From Candidatus Bathyarchaeia archaeon (lineage in GTDB: Archaea; Thermoproteota; Bathyarchaeia; Bathyarchaeales; Bathycorpusculaceae), in NCBI GenBank assembly GCA_038883775.1, contig JAVZLM010000002.1:64001-128000 (forward strand): a stretch of DNA of 64,000 nt, written 5' to 3'. The position numbers and the translations under genes are program-made. The notes below the pieces were generated by a model. It made no database searches. It saw nothing but the letters and a program-made list of their open reading frames with translations, and was not told where the DNA came from. Shown one piece after another: positions 1 through 9,038 of this stretch (its first letter is position 1; every line of letters begins with the position of its first letter).

Positions 1-30
1 CTTTTCAGACCAAGATTTTCTCTTCGCCAT
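1..30 (-). CDS. 5' end of a CDS running off the window edge (MAKRKSWSEK...), product unknown
   Basis: ATG at 30-28 with an open frame to the window edge and an AT-rich promoter-like stretch upstream; only 10 codons visible. Confidence 0.35.
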   Translation of the reverse strand, partial: MAKRKSWSEK

Positions 31-145
31 AAACATCCCAAATCCTAACCCTTAATTGAGCAGCAGACAAATATATATCTATAATAATGGTTTCAATATG
101 TACTTTTCACACCTGAAAAATGTAAAGTAAAAGAGGAGTTTAACG

Positions 146-1471
146 TTAAAGAATTGTCAAAGGATCACGTATCGAATATTTTAACACTTTTCTCGTCTTT
201 CTCAAATCTACCAGCGCAACAGCAAGAGCAACCAAACCCAGCAATGCGGCGACTATCAAAAACTGTAAGGGTGGAGCTAACTCCGATATTGGCGGTGGGG
301 TCCCTGAAGTTGGCGCCCCGCTCAGATAAGCAACATACGTTGGATCATGTTTAAGGCTACACCCGTCCCATACAGGGTAGCAAACTCTGTAGAGAAAAGA
401 GGATACGTTATAATCCAGGGTGATTGCTGTTTGCATACTACTTATTCTTGGAAATAGGTCAGATAAAACCTCTTCAAGATTAGAGAGCAACCACTCAATG
501 GACATTCGTATGCCGCTCGAAACGCTTGTTCTCGCTACCGCAGCGGATTGTGACTCACGGCTTTCTTGTTGCGAATCCTTGAAAAGCGTGTAATTTTGTC
601 CAAACACGAACTCATATACTTTAGCATCTTCTACCCTAATCTCGCCAACTTCGGTTGGCTCTGGTGAAGCTGCAGCAGTGGTGGAATTGTATGGTTTTCC
701 ATTAACAAGTGTAGTGTATGACTTAGATGTGATAATAGTAGTTCCATAGAAAAGCGCGAGACTTAAACCATCTAACGTCACGTTGGTTCCCACAAACGAA
801 GTAATCTCCAAAGGTTCCCCGACGCTAAAGTTTGTTTTCAAGTAAGAAACGTTATTTTGAATGTAGAAGTCATATGAAAATTCCATGTAACTAATCATAA
901 CTCGTGCAGCTGGGGATTCATTCTCGAAAAGCAAAAAACCATCAATCGTTTCATAACGAATGCCCCATATGTAATGAGGTAAATCATTTATCATAGATTT
1001 TTCAATCGGCGTTATCACAAAACTCTCAGAACTGTTCACGACAAAATAATACACTATTTCGCTGGATTCCATAATAAAGTCCGCGTCGGGTACACCATTT
1101 TCATTTGTGTCATTATAAACTTCCATTGCAGATAAAGTGTTTCCAACGAATATTTCTGTGTCATTCTCAACATAGAAATGTTGACCCAAAAATGTTACGA
1201 CTGGCGGGTTCAAAATATAGGATTGATAGGCTAAGTAAATGATTTGAGTGCCGCTTGTGTTCACCCACGCATACCAAAGACTAAGACCTTGAAGCGGAGA
1301 GCCTATGCTTCCATTTGAATATTCTCCACTCACATCTATACTGGTGCCTTCTGATTCGAAGGCGCTCCTCACTACTGTTAAAAACGGTTTTGAAATCTGC
1401 CCAGAGGCTGTTAAGGTTATGATAAGTAATCCCATCATAATGACTGATGAAAAGCTTCTTCTCAATTTCAT
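146..1471 (-). CDS. Secreted, C-terminally membrane-anchored surface protein of unknown function (441 aa)
   Basis: N-terminal basic+hydrophobic signal peptide, many N-x-S/T sequons, Pro/Thr linker (GAPTSGTPPP), TM helix and basic tail; GGTGA RBS. Confidence 0.75.
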   Translation of the reverse strand: MKLRRSFSSVIMMGLLIITLTASGQISKPFLTVVRSAFESEGTSIDVSGEYSNGSIGSPLQGLSLWYAWVNTSGTQIIYLAYQSYILNPPVVTFLGQHFYVENDTEIFVGNTLSAMEVYNDTNENGVPDADFIMESSEIVYYFVVNSSESFVITPIEKSMINDLPHYIWGIRYETIDGFLLFENESPAARVMISYMEFSYDFYIQNNVSYLKTNFSVGEPLEITSFVGTNVTLDGLSLALFYGTTIITSKSYTTLVNGKPYNSTTAAASPEPTEVGEIRVEDAKVYEFVFGQNYTLFKDSQQESRESQSAAVARTSVSSGIRMSIEWLLSNLEEVLSDLFPRISSMQTAITLDYNVSSFLYRVCYPVWDGCSLKHDPTYVAYLSGAPTSGTPPPISELAPPLQFLIVAALLGLVALAVALVDLRKTRKVLKYSIRDPLTIL

Positions 1472-1515
1472 TCACCATCTATTAAACCCTTATTGAGAGA
1501 TTTTAATCTACACAT

Positions 1516-1523
1516 TCGAACAT
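1516..1523. promoter_or_regulatory. TCGAACAT operator half-site upstream of the TATA-like element of the 146..1471 gene
   Basis: Identical to 2053-2060 and 2074-2081; lies 9 bp from TTAAAA (minus strand, 1506-1501). Confidence 0.45.
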
Positions 1524-1534
1524 TTTCAAAATTA

Positions 1535-1990
1535 TCAAACACGCTCTTTGAAAGAGGGTAAACTCCGCCACAATTTAACCGCTTCATACCAGAATATTCC
1601 AGATGCCACAATTCCAGGAGTTAAGGCAAGAACAACAGTTAATGTAAGGCTGTTCCAAAAAAGTGCCAAAAAGAATGTGGACATCATTGTTGTCGCTACT
1701 GCGTAGATGAATTGTTTCGGAAATACAAAACCGAAAATGATGAGGAAAGGGTTAATTAGTCCCACTTTCGCCGCCTCGTTGATCTTGTAATTGCCATAAG
1801 AATCCTTTAATAGAACACCTTTATCTGCCAGTTTTTCTAGATGGTAATGAGCAGTGCTAGAGCTTGAAAAACCCAACGCCCTTTGAATTTCTCTAACGCC
1901 GCATCCTTGCCTCTTTTTTAGAAGATAAAAATATACAAGTAATGTGTTTCCTGAAATTTCTACTCGTTCTTTTTCATCGTTAAGAGACAA
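1535..1990 (-). CDS. Membrane-anchored winged-helix transcription regulator (LexA-like DNA-binding domain + 2 TM helices)
   Basis: GVREIQRALGFSSSSTAHYHLEKLADKG resembles the LexA N-terminal HTH; C-terminal half is hydrophobic with no S24 peptidase domain. Confidence 0.8.
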   Translation of the reverse strand: MSLNDEKERVEISGNTLLVYFYLLKKRQGCGVREIQRALGFSSSSTAHYHLEKLADKGVLLKDSYGNYKINEAAKVGLINPFLIIFGFVFPKQFIYAVATTMMSTFFLALFWNSLTLTVVLALTPGIVASGIFWYEAVKLWRSLPSFKERV

Positions 1991-2052
1991 GCATGCATAC
2001 CCTCAGTGCTAACACTAATTTCTTATCTAACTAGTCTAATTAAACCATACCG

Positions 2053-2081
2053 TCGAACATTAGTTCGAAAACTTCGAACAT
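2053..2081. promoter_or_regulatory. Palindromic operator TCGAAC-ATTA-GTTCGA plus an adjacent TCGAACAT half-site
   Basis: Perfect inverted repeat at 2053-2068 matching CGAAC-N4-GTTCG, about 8 bp from the minus-strand TATA-like TTTAAT (2044-2039). Confidence 0.6.
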
Positions 2082-2156
2082 GCTTTAACTCATGGAGTAA
2101 CCAATAAATATATGTCTATAACGGTTTCTTATACGCATGCTAAGGAGGCTTTGAGG

Positions 2157-2447
2157 GTGCCAGCAATAGAAGTTGGCAGAATCTGCGTTAAACTGAGTGG
2201 GCGAGAGGCTGGAAGAAAATGCGTCATAGTTGATATTATCGATAAAAGCTTCGTATTAATAACTGGACCAAAAAATCTTACTGGCGTGAAGAGACGGCGG
2301 GCTAACATCAACCACATTGAACCCCTTCAAGAAAAAATAGCCATTAAGCGTGGAGCTTCAGACGAAGAAGTAACGGAAGCCCTAAAAGCTGCTGGCAAGC
2401 TAGAAGAGATGGCGCAGATGGTTAAGCCAGCCATTGGCACAGTTTAA
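2157..2447 (+). CDS. rpl14e: 50S ribosomal protein L14e
   Basis: [25 protein letters not shown]...[15 protein letters not shown]; GTG start at 2157 after AGGAGG; conserved synteny with cbf5. Confidence 0.95.
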   Translation: MPAIEVGRICVKLSGREAGRKCVIVDIIDKSFVLITGPKNLTGVKRRRANINHIEPLQEKIAIKRGASDEEVTEALKAAGKLEEMAQMVKPAIGTV

Positions 2448-2502
2448 GCCTATTATACCCCTAAGCCTTTTCTCTACATTATTAGGAGTGTAGCATAAGC
2501 CT

Positions 2503-3533
2503 ATGCCAAGAACCGTTGCTCCTTGGGAAATTACACGCCAACTGTTAGTGAAGGCTGAGGATAAAACAAATCCACACTACGGGCACAAACCAGAAGAGAG
2601 ACCAGCAGAAGAGTACATAAAATATGGCGTCATAAACCTTGACAAGCCAGCGGGTCCAACAAGCCATGAAGTTGCTGCTTGGGTTAAACGCATCCTCAAC
2701 CTTCAAAGCGTTGGTCACGGCGGGACTCTAGAGGTTTAAAAGGCTTAAACCAGAGAAATCCCAAAGTGACCGGCGTCTTACCCATAACCATAGAAGAATC
2801 CAGAAAAGTCGTTCAAGCCTTACTCTATAGTGGCAAAGAATACGTTTGCCTAATGAAACTTCATGGAGACGTGACGGAGCAGAGGGTTAAAGAGGTCTTA
2901 AGCGAGTTTGAGGACACAATTTATCAGAGGCCACCCTTAAGGGCTTCTGTTAAACGTCAACTGAGAACGCGGAAAATCTATTACATAGACTTTCTTGAAA
3001 TGGATGGACGCAATGTCCTCTTCAAAGTTGGCTGCGAAGGAGGAACATACATAAGGAAACTGTGCTTTGACATAGGAGAAGTTTTGGGATGCGGGGCCCA
3101 CATGCAAGAACTCCGCAGAACAAGGGCTGGACCCTTCACTGAAAATGGGGATATTGTAACATTGCATGATGTGGCTTACTGGTTTATGGAATGGCAAAAA
3201 CAAAAAGACGAGCGGCTCCTGCGCAAATTTATCCAACCTATGGAGAAGGCTTTAGCGCTGATTCCAAAAATTTATGTTAGAGATTCGGCTGTTGACGCCA
3301 TCTGCCACGGAGCAAGCCTAACAGCGCCTGGAGTTTTATCCCTCGAAACTGGAATAAACAAAGATTCCATTGTTGCCATCCTCACCTTAAAGGGCGAAGC
3401 AGTCGCCCTCGCTAAAGCCACAACCTCAACAGAAGAAATCTTCAAAATGGAGCATGGAGTTGTCGCCAAAACTGAAAGAGTATTAATGAAGAGAGGCACA
3501 TATCCAAAATGCTGGAAAAGCGGCGAAATATAA
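2503..3533 (+). CDS. cbf5: H/ACA RNA-guided pseudouridine synthase Cbf5, two exons (2503-2731, 2758-3533), 334 aa after splicing
   Basis: INLDKPAGPTSHEV, GHGGTL|DPKVTGVL after intron removal, GTYIRKLC, C-terminal PUA domain. Confidence 0.95.
2732..2757 (+). other. 26-nt archaeal mRNA intron with canonical bulge-helix-bulge motif
   Basis: GGGA/TCCC outer stem, CTCT/AGAG 4-bp helix, 3-nt bulges AGA and AAA, inner stem GGTTTAA/TTAAACC; removal restores GAT (Asp) and the reading frame. Confidence 0.92.
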
Positions 3534-4145
3534 ATGCAAAAGAAAAGCGTAAACCACTATTTCCAAGAACACCCAAAATCTAAGCTTAAGCTTGGAAAAA
3601 TTTGCACAAACCTCCGCGGAATCCCTTTCCAATTTCTAACAGCCTCAGGAGTTTTTTCCAAAAAGCGTGTGGATTTGGGCACAAGATTGCTCATCGAATC
3701 CATGATTCTCCCCGAAAAAGGATATGTTTTAGATATTGGGTGCGGTTATGGTGCTGTTGGAATTGCAGCGGCAATTTTCAGCCCTCACCTTAAAGTGTTT
3801 ATGGTGGATGTAAACGAACGTGCCGTATGGCTTGCAAAACAAAATATAAAAATAAACAATGCCAAAAATGCAGAGGTTAAACAAAGTAACCTATATGAGT
3901 CTGTGAAAAATTTAACTTTCGACTGTATACTTTCTAACCCTCCAGTAAGCGCTGGAATGAAAACCGTCAAAGCGATAATTGGCGAAGCGCCCAAACACAT
4001 GGCACAAAAAGCTCTATTTCAAATAGTGGTGAAATCCAAAATTGGAGGGAAAAATTTCCAAAATTTCCTATATGAAACATTTGGTAACGTCAACATACTT
4101 GCCAGAAAAAGTGGTTATCGCGTATTTATTTCTGAAAAAAGGTAA
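3534..4145 (+). CDS. Class I SAM-dependent methyltransferase (RsmC/MTS-like)
   Basis: SGVFSKKRVDLGTRLL, LDIGCGYG motif I, SNPP motif IV. Confidence 0.88.
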   Translation: MQKKSVNHYFQEHPKSKLKLGKICTNLRGIPFQFLTASGVFSKKRVDLGTRLLIESMILPEKGYVLDIGCGYGAVGIAAAIFSPHLKVFMVDVNERAVWLAKQNIKINNAKNAEVKQSNLYESVKNLTFDCILSNPPVSAGMKTVKAIIGEAPKHMAQKALFQIVVKSKIGGKNFQNFLYETFGNVNILARKSGYRVFISEKR

Positions 4146-4241
4146 CACAGCCAAGTTCAAGGAAATGTCTCAATAACGCTTCATGCATAGCAATTTATAT
4201 TAGCAACATCCTTTGTCATGCTTATATTCTGGGTGTTTAAT

Positions 4242-5672
4242 ATGGCTAGCAAAGCAAAAGAAAAAGCTTTAGAATGGATTTCTAAAAACGAATCTCGAAT
4301 AACTGAAATCAGCGACAAAATTTGGGAATGGGCAGAACTCGGCCTCATAGAATTTAAATCCTCCGCTTTACTCGCAGACGAGTTAGAAAAGGCTGGCTTT
4401 AAAGTACAACGTGGAATAGCAGGAATGCCAACAGCCTTTGTTGCAAGCTACGGCTCAGGCAAACCAGCAATAGGCATTTTGGGCGAATACGACGCCCTTC
4501 CAGGGCTATCACAGAAGCCTATTCCTAAAAAGGAACCGTTAGTTCCAGGAGCTCCAGGTCATGGGTGTGGTCATAACATTTACGGTGCATCAGGTATAGC
4601 TGCGGCTATAGCAGTTAAAACGGCCATGGAGGCTACTGGACTTAAGGGTACAGTCAAATTTTTTGGATGCCCAGCAGAAGAAAATTTCAGCGGAAAAGCT
4701 TTCATGGTTCGAGATGGATTTTTCAACGGACTTGACGCCGTGTTTGGTCATCATCCCGGTGGAATGAACGCAGTAACTTTGAAGAGCTGTCTGGCTATCA
4801 ACTCAGCCAAGTTTAAATTTTACGGTGAGGCTGCTCACGCTGCGGGTTCTCCAGAACATGGTCGCAGCGCCTTGGACGCTGTTGAACTGATGAATGTGGG
4901 AGTGAACTATTTGCGAGAGCATGTCATACAAGAAGCTCGAATTCACTATGTAATTGATTCTGGCGGCGGTCAACCAAATGTGGTTCCAGCATTTGCCCGG
5001 TCATGGTATTACGTAAGAGCGCCAGAAAGGGAACAAGTCGAATCGATCTATAAGCGTATTCTTGATATAGCTAAAGGCGCAGCACTTATGACAGGGACCA
5101 CCTATGAAGTAGAGTTTCTAGAAGGACTTTACAATATCATACCCAACCGCCCACTAGCTGAGTTAGTGGTTAAGAATATGCGGGAAATAGGCACGCCCAA
5201 ATATACGGAAGAAGAACTAAGATTTGCACGGGAGATGGCGAAAACAATTTCTCCAGAAGAGAAAAGGGAACAGCTTCGAAAATCTAAGAGGCCTGGTTGG
5301 GAAAAACTTCTGGACGTTATCTTAGATGAAAGCGTGCCTGACCCTTGGGGAGAAGGAGAAGTAAGCCCTGGTTCAACAGATGTGGCTGAAGTTAGCTGGC
5401 AAGTGCCAACGGTAGAGTTTTCAACTGCTGCGTGTATGTTAGGTACGCCTGGGCACTCATGGCAATTTGCAGCTTTTTGTGGAATGAGTATAGGCCATAA
5501 ATCGCTGATTTTTGCGTCAAAAACCATCGCTGCTTCCGTTATCGATTTATTAGAAAATCCAAAATTACTAAAAGAAGCCAAAGAAGACTTCACAAAAAGA
5601 CTTCAGGGTCGTGTTTACAAGTCACCGCTACCGCCAGACGCAAAACCACCATTAGACATATGGAAAAAATGA
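4242..5672 (+). CDS. M20 family amidohydrolase (AbgB-like)
   Basis: GEYDALPGL, GHGCGHN, GCPAEE, GSTDV motifs; probable ATG at 4242. Confidence 0.9.
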   Translation: MASKAKEKALEWISKNESRITEISDKIWEWAELGLIEFKSSALLADELEKAGFKVQRGIAGMPTAFVASYGSGKPAIGILGEYDALPGLSQKPIPKKEPLVPGAPGHGCGHNIYGASGIAAAIAVKTAMEATGLKGTVKFFGCPAEENFSGKAFMVRDGFFNGLDAVFGHHPGGMNAVTLKSCLAINSAKFKFYGEAAHAAGSPEHGRSALDAVELMNVGVNYLREHVIQEARIHYVIDSGGGQPNVVPAFARSWYYVRAPEREQVESIYKRILDIAKGAALMTGTTYEVEFLEGLYNIIPNRPLAELVVKNMREIGTPKYTEEELRFAREMAKTISPEEKREQLRKSKRPGWEKLLDVILDESVPDPWGEGEVSPGSTDVAEVSWQVPTVEFSTAACMLGTPGHSWQFAAFCGMSIGHKSLIFASKTIAASVIDLLENPKLLKEAKEDFTKRLQGRVYKSPLPPDAKPPLDIWKK

Positions 5673-5788
5673 ACAACAAATATCATAATTCACTTATTTT
5701 TTATTCTCTGTTTTATAAAAAGCGACTTAGTATTAACGAAAGCTTACTTATATTTAAATTGTTAGGGATGTGGCGAAGAAAGGCAATT

Positions 5789-6013
5789 CTAATCGGTGGT
5801 TAATTTTTCACGGTTCTCTGCACTATTTGAATTATAGCTAAAGACGTCGGAAGACCCCCAACAAAGCCTATGGCGAATCAAAAGCCACTTTTCAAAGTAG
5901 AAGCCTCTCAAATTTATTATGCTAATGACTAAAGATTGGGAAAAGGACATGCCCAACGACATGAAAACTCCAAACAAAACCGTCGCATACTTCTTATTAA
6001 CCATCAACGACAT
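5789..6013 (-). pseudogene. Frameshifted small membrane protein (DUF2798-like)
   Basis: First TM (LFGVFMSLGMS...IINL) is in frame; the expected second TM FAIGFVGGLPTSLAII is in another frame after KWLL (about 5878). Confidence 0.55.
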
Positions 6014-6073
6014 TCACCATCATAATTATAAATATCGAAGTTTAAAATAGTAACCGCCCTAATTTGTTTATTT

Positions 6074-7024
6074 TCATGCTAAGAAAATTGTTTGAGCTAT
6101 GAAGCTTATTGCAGCGATTATTAACATTAAGATGCTTAATGGTTTAGTAATCCTTTGGTGCGCCCTACTCATAAAAAGCAAAAGAACCGTAACAAGCACC
6201 ATGAACGGCACCGTTGTGAGGATTTCTGGAAGCGCAACATCAAAGGAATGTCCCCTAAGCGGAACTATTATGGCAACTAAACCGAAAACCAAAGTTATAG
6301 TGATAATGTTGTCTCCAATAACGTTGCCAATAGAAATTTCTTGTTCCCCTTGTAAAGCAGCGAATATGGAAACCGCGGCTTCCGGAATTATGCATCCCAC
6401 GGCGGTTATTGTGAGCCCCACATAAAACTCCTTTAAACCAAAAACTTCGCTTATGAGTAAAGCGCTGCGGACAAGCAATACGGTGCCGCTTAAAAGGACA
6501 GCGCCACCAAAAATCATGTAAACCAAAGCCTTCTTTGGATTGCCATTTCCATTCCCTTCATGGTTGTTGTTTGACTTTCGAATCGAATAATAGATGAAAA
6601 GTGGATAAGCAAATAAGAAAATGAGACCCAACCACCATGTGACTTGACCAGTTAAGATTATAATTAATGCAAAAAGCGAACTTAAAATAATTATAAAAGC
6701 GCTTTCAGTCACAACCGAAGAATTTTTCATCTTAAACTCTCTTATTAAACCGCATAACCCAATAATTAATGGCACATTGTAAATATTCGAGCCTATGAGG
6801 TTTCCAAGCGCCAAATGTGAGGATTCCCAAAAAACAGCTACAAGTGAACTCATCAACTCAGGCAATGCAGTAATAGACGCAACAACAACGGTTCCAGTAA
6901 CCACTTTATTGATATATAGGCTGTTAGCTAAGCAAACGGCTCCCTGCAACGTTTTCTTAGCGCCAACATATAGGAGCAACAAACTTATGATGAAGGCAAT
7001 GGCGCCTAAAATCAAAGGCTCCAT
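6074..7024 (-). CDS. Sodium/calcium exchanger family antiporter
   Basis: Two alpha repeats (TALPEL...GNLIGSN; IIPEA...GNVIGDN), about 10 TMs; probable ATG at 7024. Confidence 0.9.
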   Translation of the reverse strand: MEPLILGAIAFIISLLLLYVGAKKTLQGAVCLANSLYINKVVTGTVVVASITALPELMSSLVAVFWESSHLALGNLIGSNIYNVPLIIGLCGLIREFKMKNSSVVTESAFIIILSSLFALIIILTGQVTWWLGLIFLFAYPLFIYYSIRKSNNNHEGNGNGNPKKALVYMIFGGAVLLSGTVLLVRSALLISEVFGLKEFYVGLTITAVGCIIPEAAVSIFAALQGEQEISIGNVIGDNIITITLVFGLVAIIVPLRGHSFDVALPEILTTVPFMVLVTVLLLFMSRAHQRITKPLSILMLIIAAISFIAQTIFLA

Positions 7025-7137
7025 GGGCGACCCATTTTCCCACGCACATTCAAAACCCAAAATATAAACCTTTTCAAGCACAAATGCTTAGAAACCATAA
7101 TAAACCAAGAAACCAAATTAAACATGAAACAAAACAT

Positions 7138-7248
7138 GCCGGGGTCTCCTAGTCAGGTATGGAGCAGGCCTGGAGACAAAAAAGCGTTAAAACGCCATTC
7201 AGCCTGTGGCCCTTCGGGGCCGCGTGGGTTCAAATCCCACCCCCGGCG
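7138..7248 (+). tRNA. tRNA-Ser(GGA) with a 25-nt intron at 37/38 (about 7176-7200)
   Basis: Acceptor GCCGGGG/CCCCGGC, anticodon stem CAGGC/GCCTG, CT-GGA-G loop, long variable arm, GTTCAAATC T-loop, G73. Confidence 0.9.
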
Positions 7249-7345
7249 TTTTCTTGATACTTTTTGGACTTTACACAGCAATGTTTTAATTATCAGTGTG
7301 CTTTCCCTTAGGAAATATGGCAAGATCGTATTCAAGGTGAATTGA

Positions 7346-8011
7346 ATGGTCAATGCTATAATTTTCGGCGCACCAGGTTCAGGTAAAGGTACTTATGCTT
7401 CACGGTTGCAATCTAAGCTCGATGTTGAAGTGATTGCTATGGGCGACATTTTCCGAGAAATAATAAAAGAGGACACGCCTTTAGGGAAGAAGGTTAAGAG
7501 TTTTGTGGAGAAGGGTCTGCTCGTTCCAGACAATGTTGTAGTGGAGGTTTTAAAGCAACGCTTAGCAAAAATTCCACCAGGAAAAGGCTTCATTTTGGAT
7601 GGTTACCCCCGCAATCTGGACCAAGCAAAATTCCTTGAAACCCTTGCAAAAATAGACGTAATCATCCAATTGACTGTGCCAGAATGGATAATAATTGAAC
7701 GCTTATCCACAAGAAGAATTTGCAAGAACTGCGGCGAAGTCTACAATATACGCTATTTAAAACCCAAAGTAGACATGATATGCGACAAATGCGGAGGAAA
7801 CCTTTACCAACGCCCAGACGACACACCAGAAGTCATAAAGAAAAGAATCCAAGTTTATGAAGAGCAAACGCAACCCATCCTACAATATTATAGGGAAAGG
7901 GGAACTCCATTCGTAGAGTTTAAATGCGAAAGTGTAGATATATCGCCAGAAGTGGCTGTGGAAGAAATTCTTAATGGTTTGAGAAATTTAAAATTAGTCC
8001 AAAATAGTTAG
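7346..8011 (+). CDS. adk: Adenylate kinase (bacterial/eukaryotic type, Zn-binding LID)
   Basis: GAPGSGKGT P-loop, LDGYPR, CxxC...CxxC LID, QRPDD. Confidence 0.93.
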   Translation: MVNAIIFGAPGSGKGTYASRLQSKLDVEVIAMGDIFREIIKEDTPLGKKVKSFVEKGLLVPDNVVVEVLKQRLAKIPPGKGFILDGYPRNLDQAKFLETLAKIDVIIQLTVPEWIIIERLSTRRICKNCGEVYNIRYLKPKVDMICDKCGGNLYQRPDDTPEVIKKRIQVYEEQTQPILQYYRERGTPFVEFKCESVDISPEVAVEEILNGLRNLKLVQNS

Positions 8012-8014
8012 CGT

Positions 8015-8452
8015 TTATATGTCAAGGATGAACTTTAATGTGACTTTTTCTGGCTCTTTAATTATTTCCATGCGGTGGTATGTGACAGCTTTGACACCGA
8101 CTTTTTGTGGATGCCTTTTTGGATTAAATTTTTCTCCCCAAATTTCAGCCTCAAGTCTAAAACCATAAGAATTGTGGTCTAATTTTGAAACTTTAAATTT
8201 TGAATATAGCATTTCTTCAATTTCGAATTTTACAAGCAAGGCCTCAAGCCAATTGTAAAGAAGCGCATGCTCATCCTTCGCCTCAACTTCGATTTCATCT
8301 TTAATTTTGGGGTTAACCTTCTCCACTTCAGTCATAACATCAAACATTGCAAGGGCAGCATTCTCAAAGGCTTCTGCTAAATTCTTTCCATAAGCGGCAA
8401 TGTAAGCATCCGCCATATGCTCTAAAAACTCGTAGCCTTTCTTATCTGTCAT
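8015..8452 (-). CDS. Archease (RtcB RNA ligase cofactor)
   Basis: YEFLEHMAD N-terminus and VKAVTYH...FILDI C-terminus. Confidence 0.93.
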   Translation of the reverse strand: MTDKKGYEFLEHMADAYIAAYGKNLAEAFENAALAMFDVMTEVEKVNPKIKDEIEVEAKDEHALLYNWLEALLVKFEIEEMLYSKFKVSKLDHNSYGFRLEAEIWGEKFNPKRHPQKVGVKAVTYHRMEIIKEPEKVTLKFILDI

Positions 8453-8541
8453 AGGTTCAAGCCTTGTAAATCTTAGACGTTTTGTTTTAAAACGGTTTTG
8501 TTTACATAAATTGTTAAAGTCGAAAATTTTAGTGAAGGAAA

Positions 8542-8991
8542 TTAATGTTCACTAAGCTCTAATAAGATTTCAATGGCGCCCTTCACAAAGTTTAGACATT
8601 TTTCTTCAAAAACCTTTGCTTTATTGGCTTTCTCCAATTCTTTAGGATTAGAAAGGTCATATCCAATTAGTTTTCGGCAGAAAATGCTTCCATGTTGACT
8701 CTCAAATTGTTTGTAAAATTTTTGCGCCTTTTCGTATGCTTTTAATCGTTTTTCTAGGGAAGGCTCATTGGTTCCATACTTAATTCCTAAAGCCATAACG
8801 CCACCAGTTAGGGCTCCACAAATGGAACTACATCTTCCAATTCCTCCACCAAAGGCGGTTGCTATTTTTGGAATTAGCTCGTTTTCTCCATTCCAATACT
8901 CAAACATGGTTGATAAGACGCTTTGGGCGCAGTTATAGCCATCAAGAAACCGTTTCACTGCCTTTTCACAAAGCAAATTTTTCTGAGACAT
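8542..8991 (-). CDS. C_GCAxxG_C_C family putative redox protein
   Basis: YNCAQSV, FGGGIG..ICGALTGG, further conserved Cys. Confidence 0.88.
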   Translation of the reverse strand: MSQKNLLCEKAVKRFLDGYNCAQSVLSTMFEYWNGENELIPKIATAFGGGIGRCSSICGALTGGVMALGIKYGTNEPSLEKRLKAYEKAQKFYKQFESQHGSIFCRKLIGYDLSNPKELEKANKAKVFEEKCLNFVKGAIEILLELSEH

Positions 8992-9038
8992 AGTTTTTCA
9001 TACCCGCTTAATTTTAAAAAATGGGAAGTTTGAAGATG

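Noticed and set aside
2503-3533. cbf5 as two genes or a frameshifted pseudogene
   Set aside because: A perfect BHB intron restores both the frame and the catalytic Asp
7124-7353. 73-aa and 66-aa ORFs
   Set aside because: They overlap the tRNA-Ser gene and have no protein-like features
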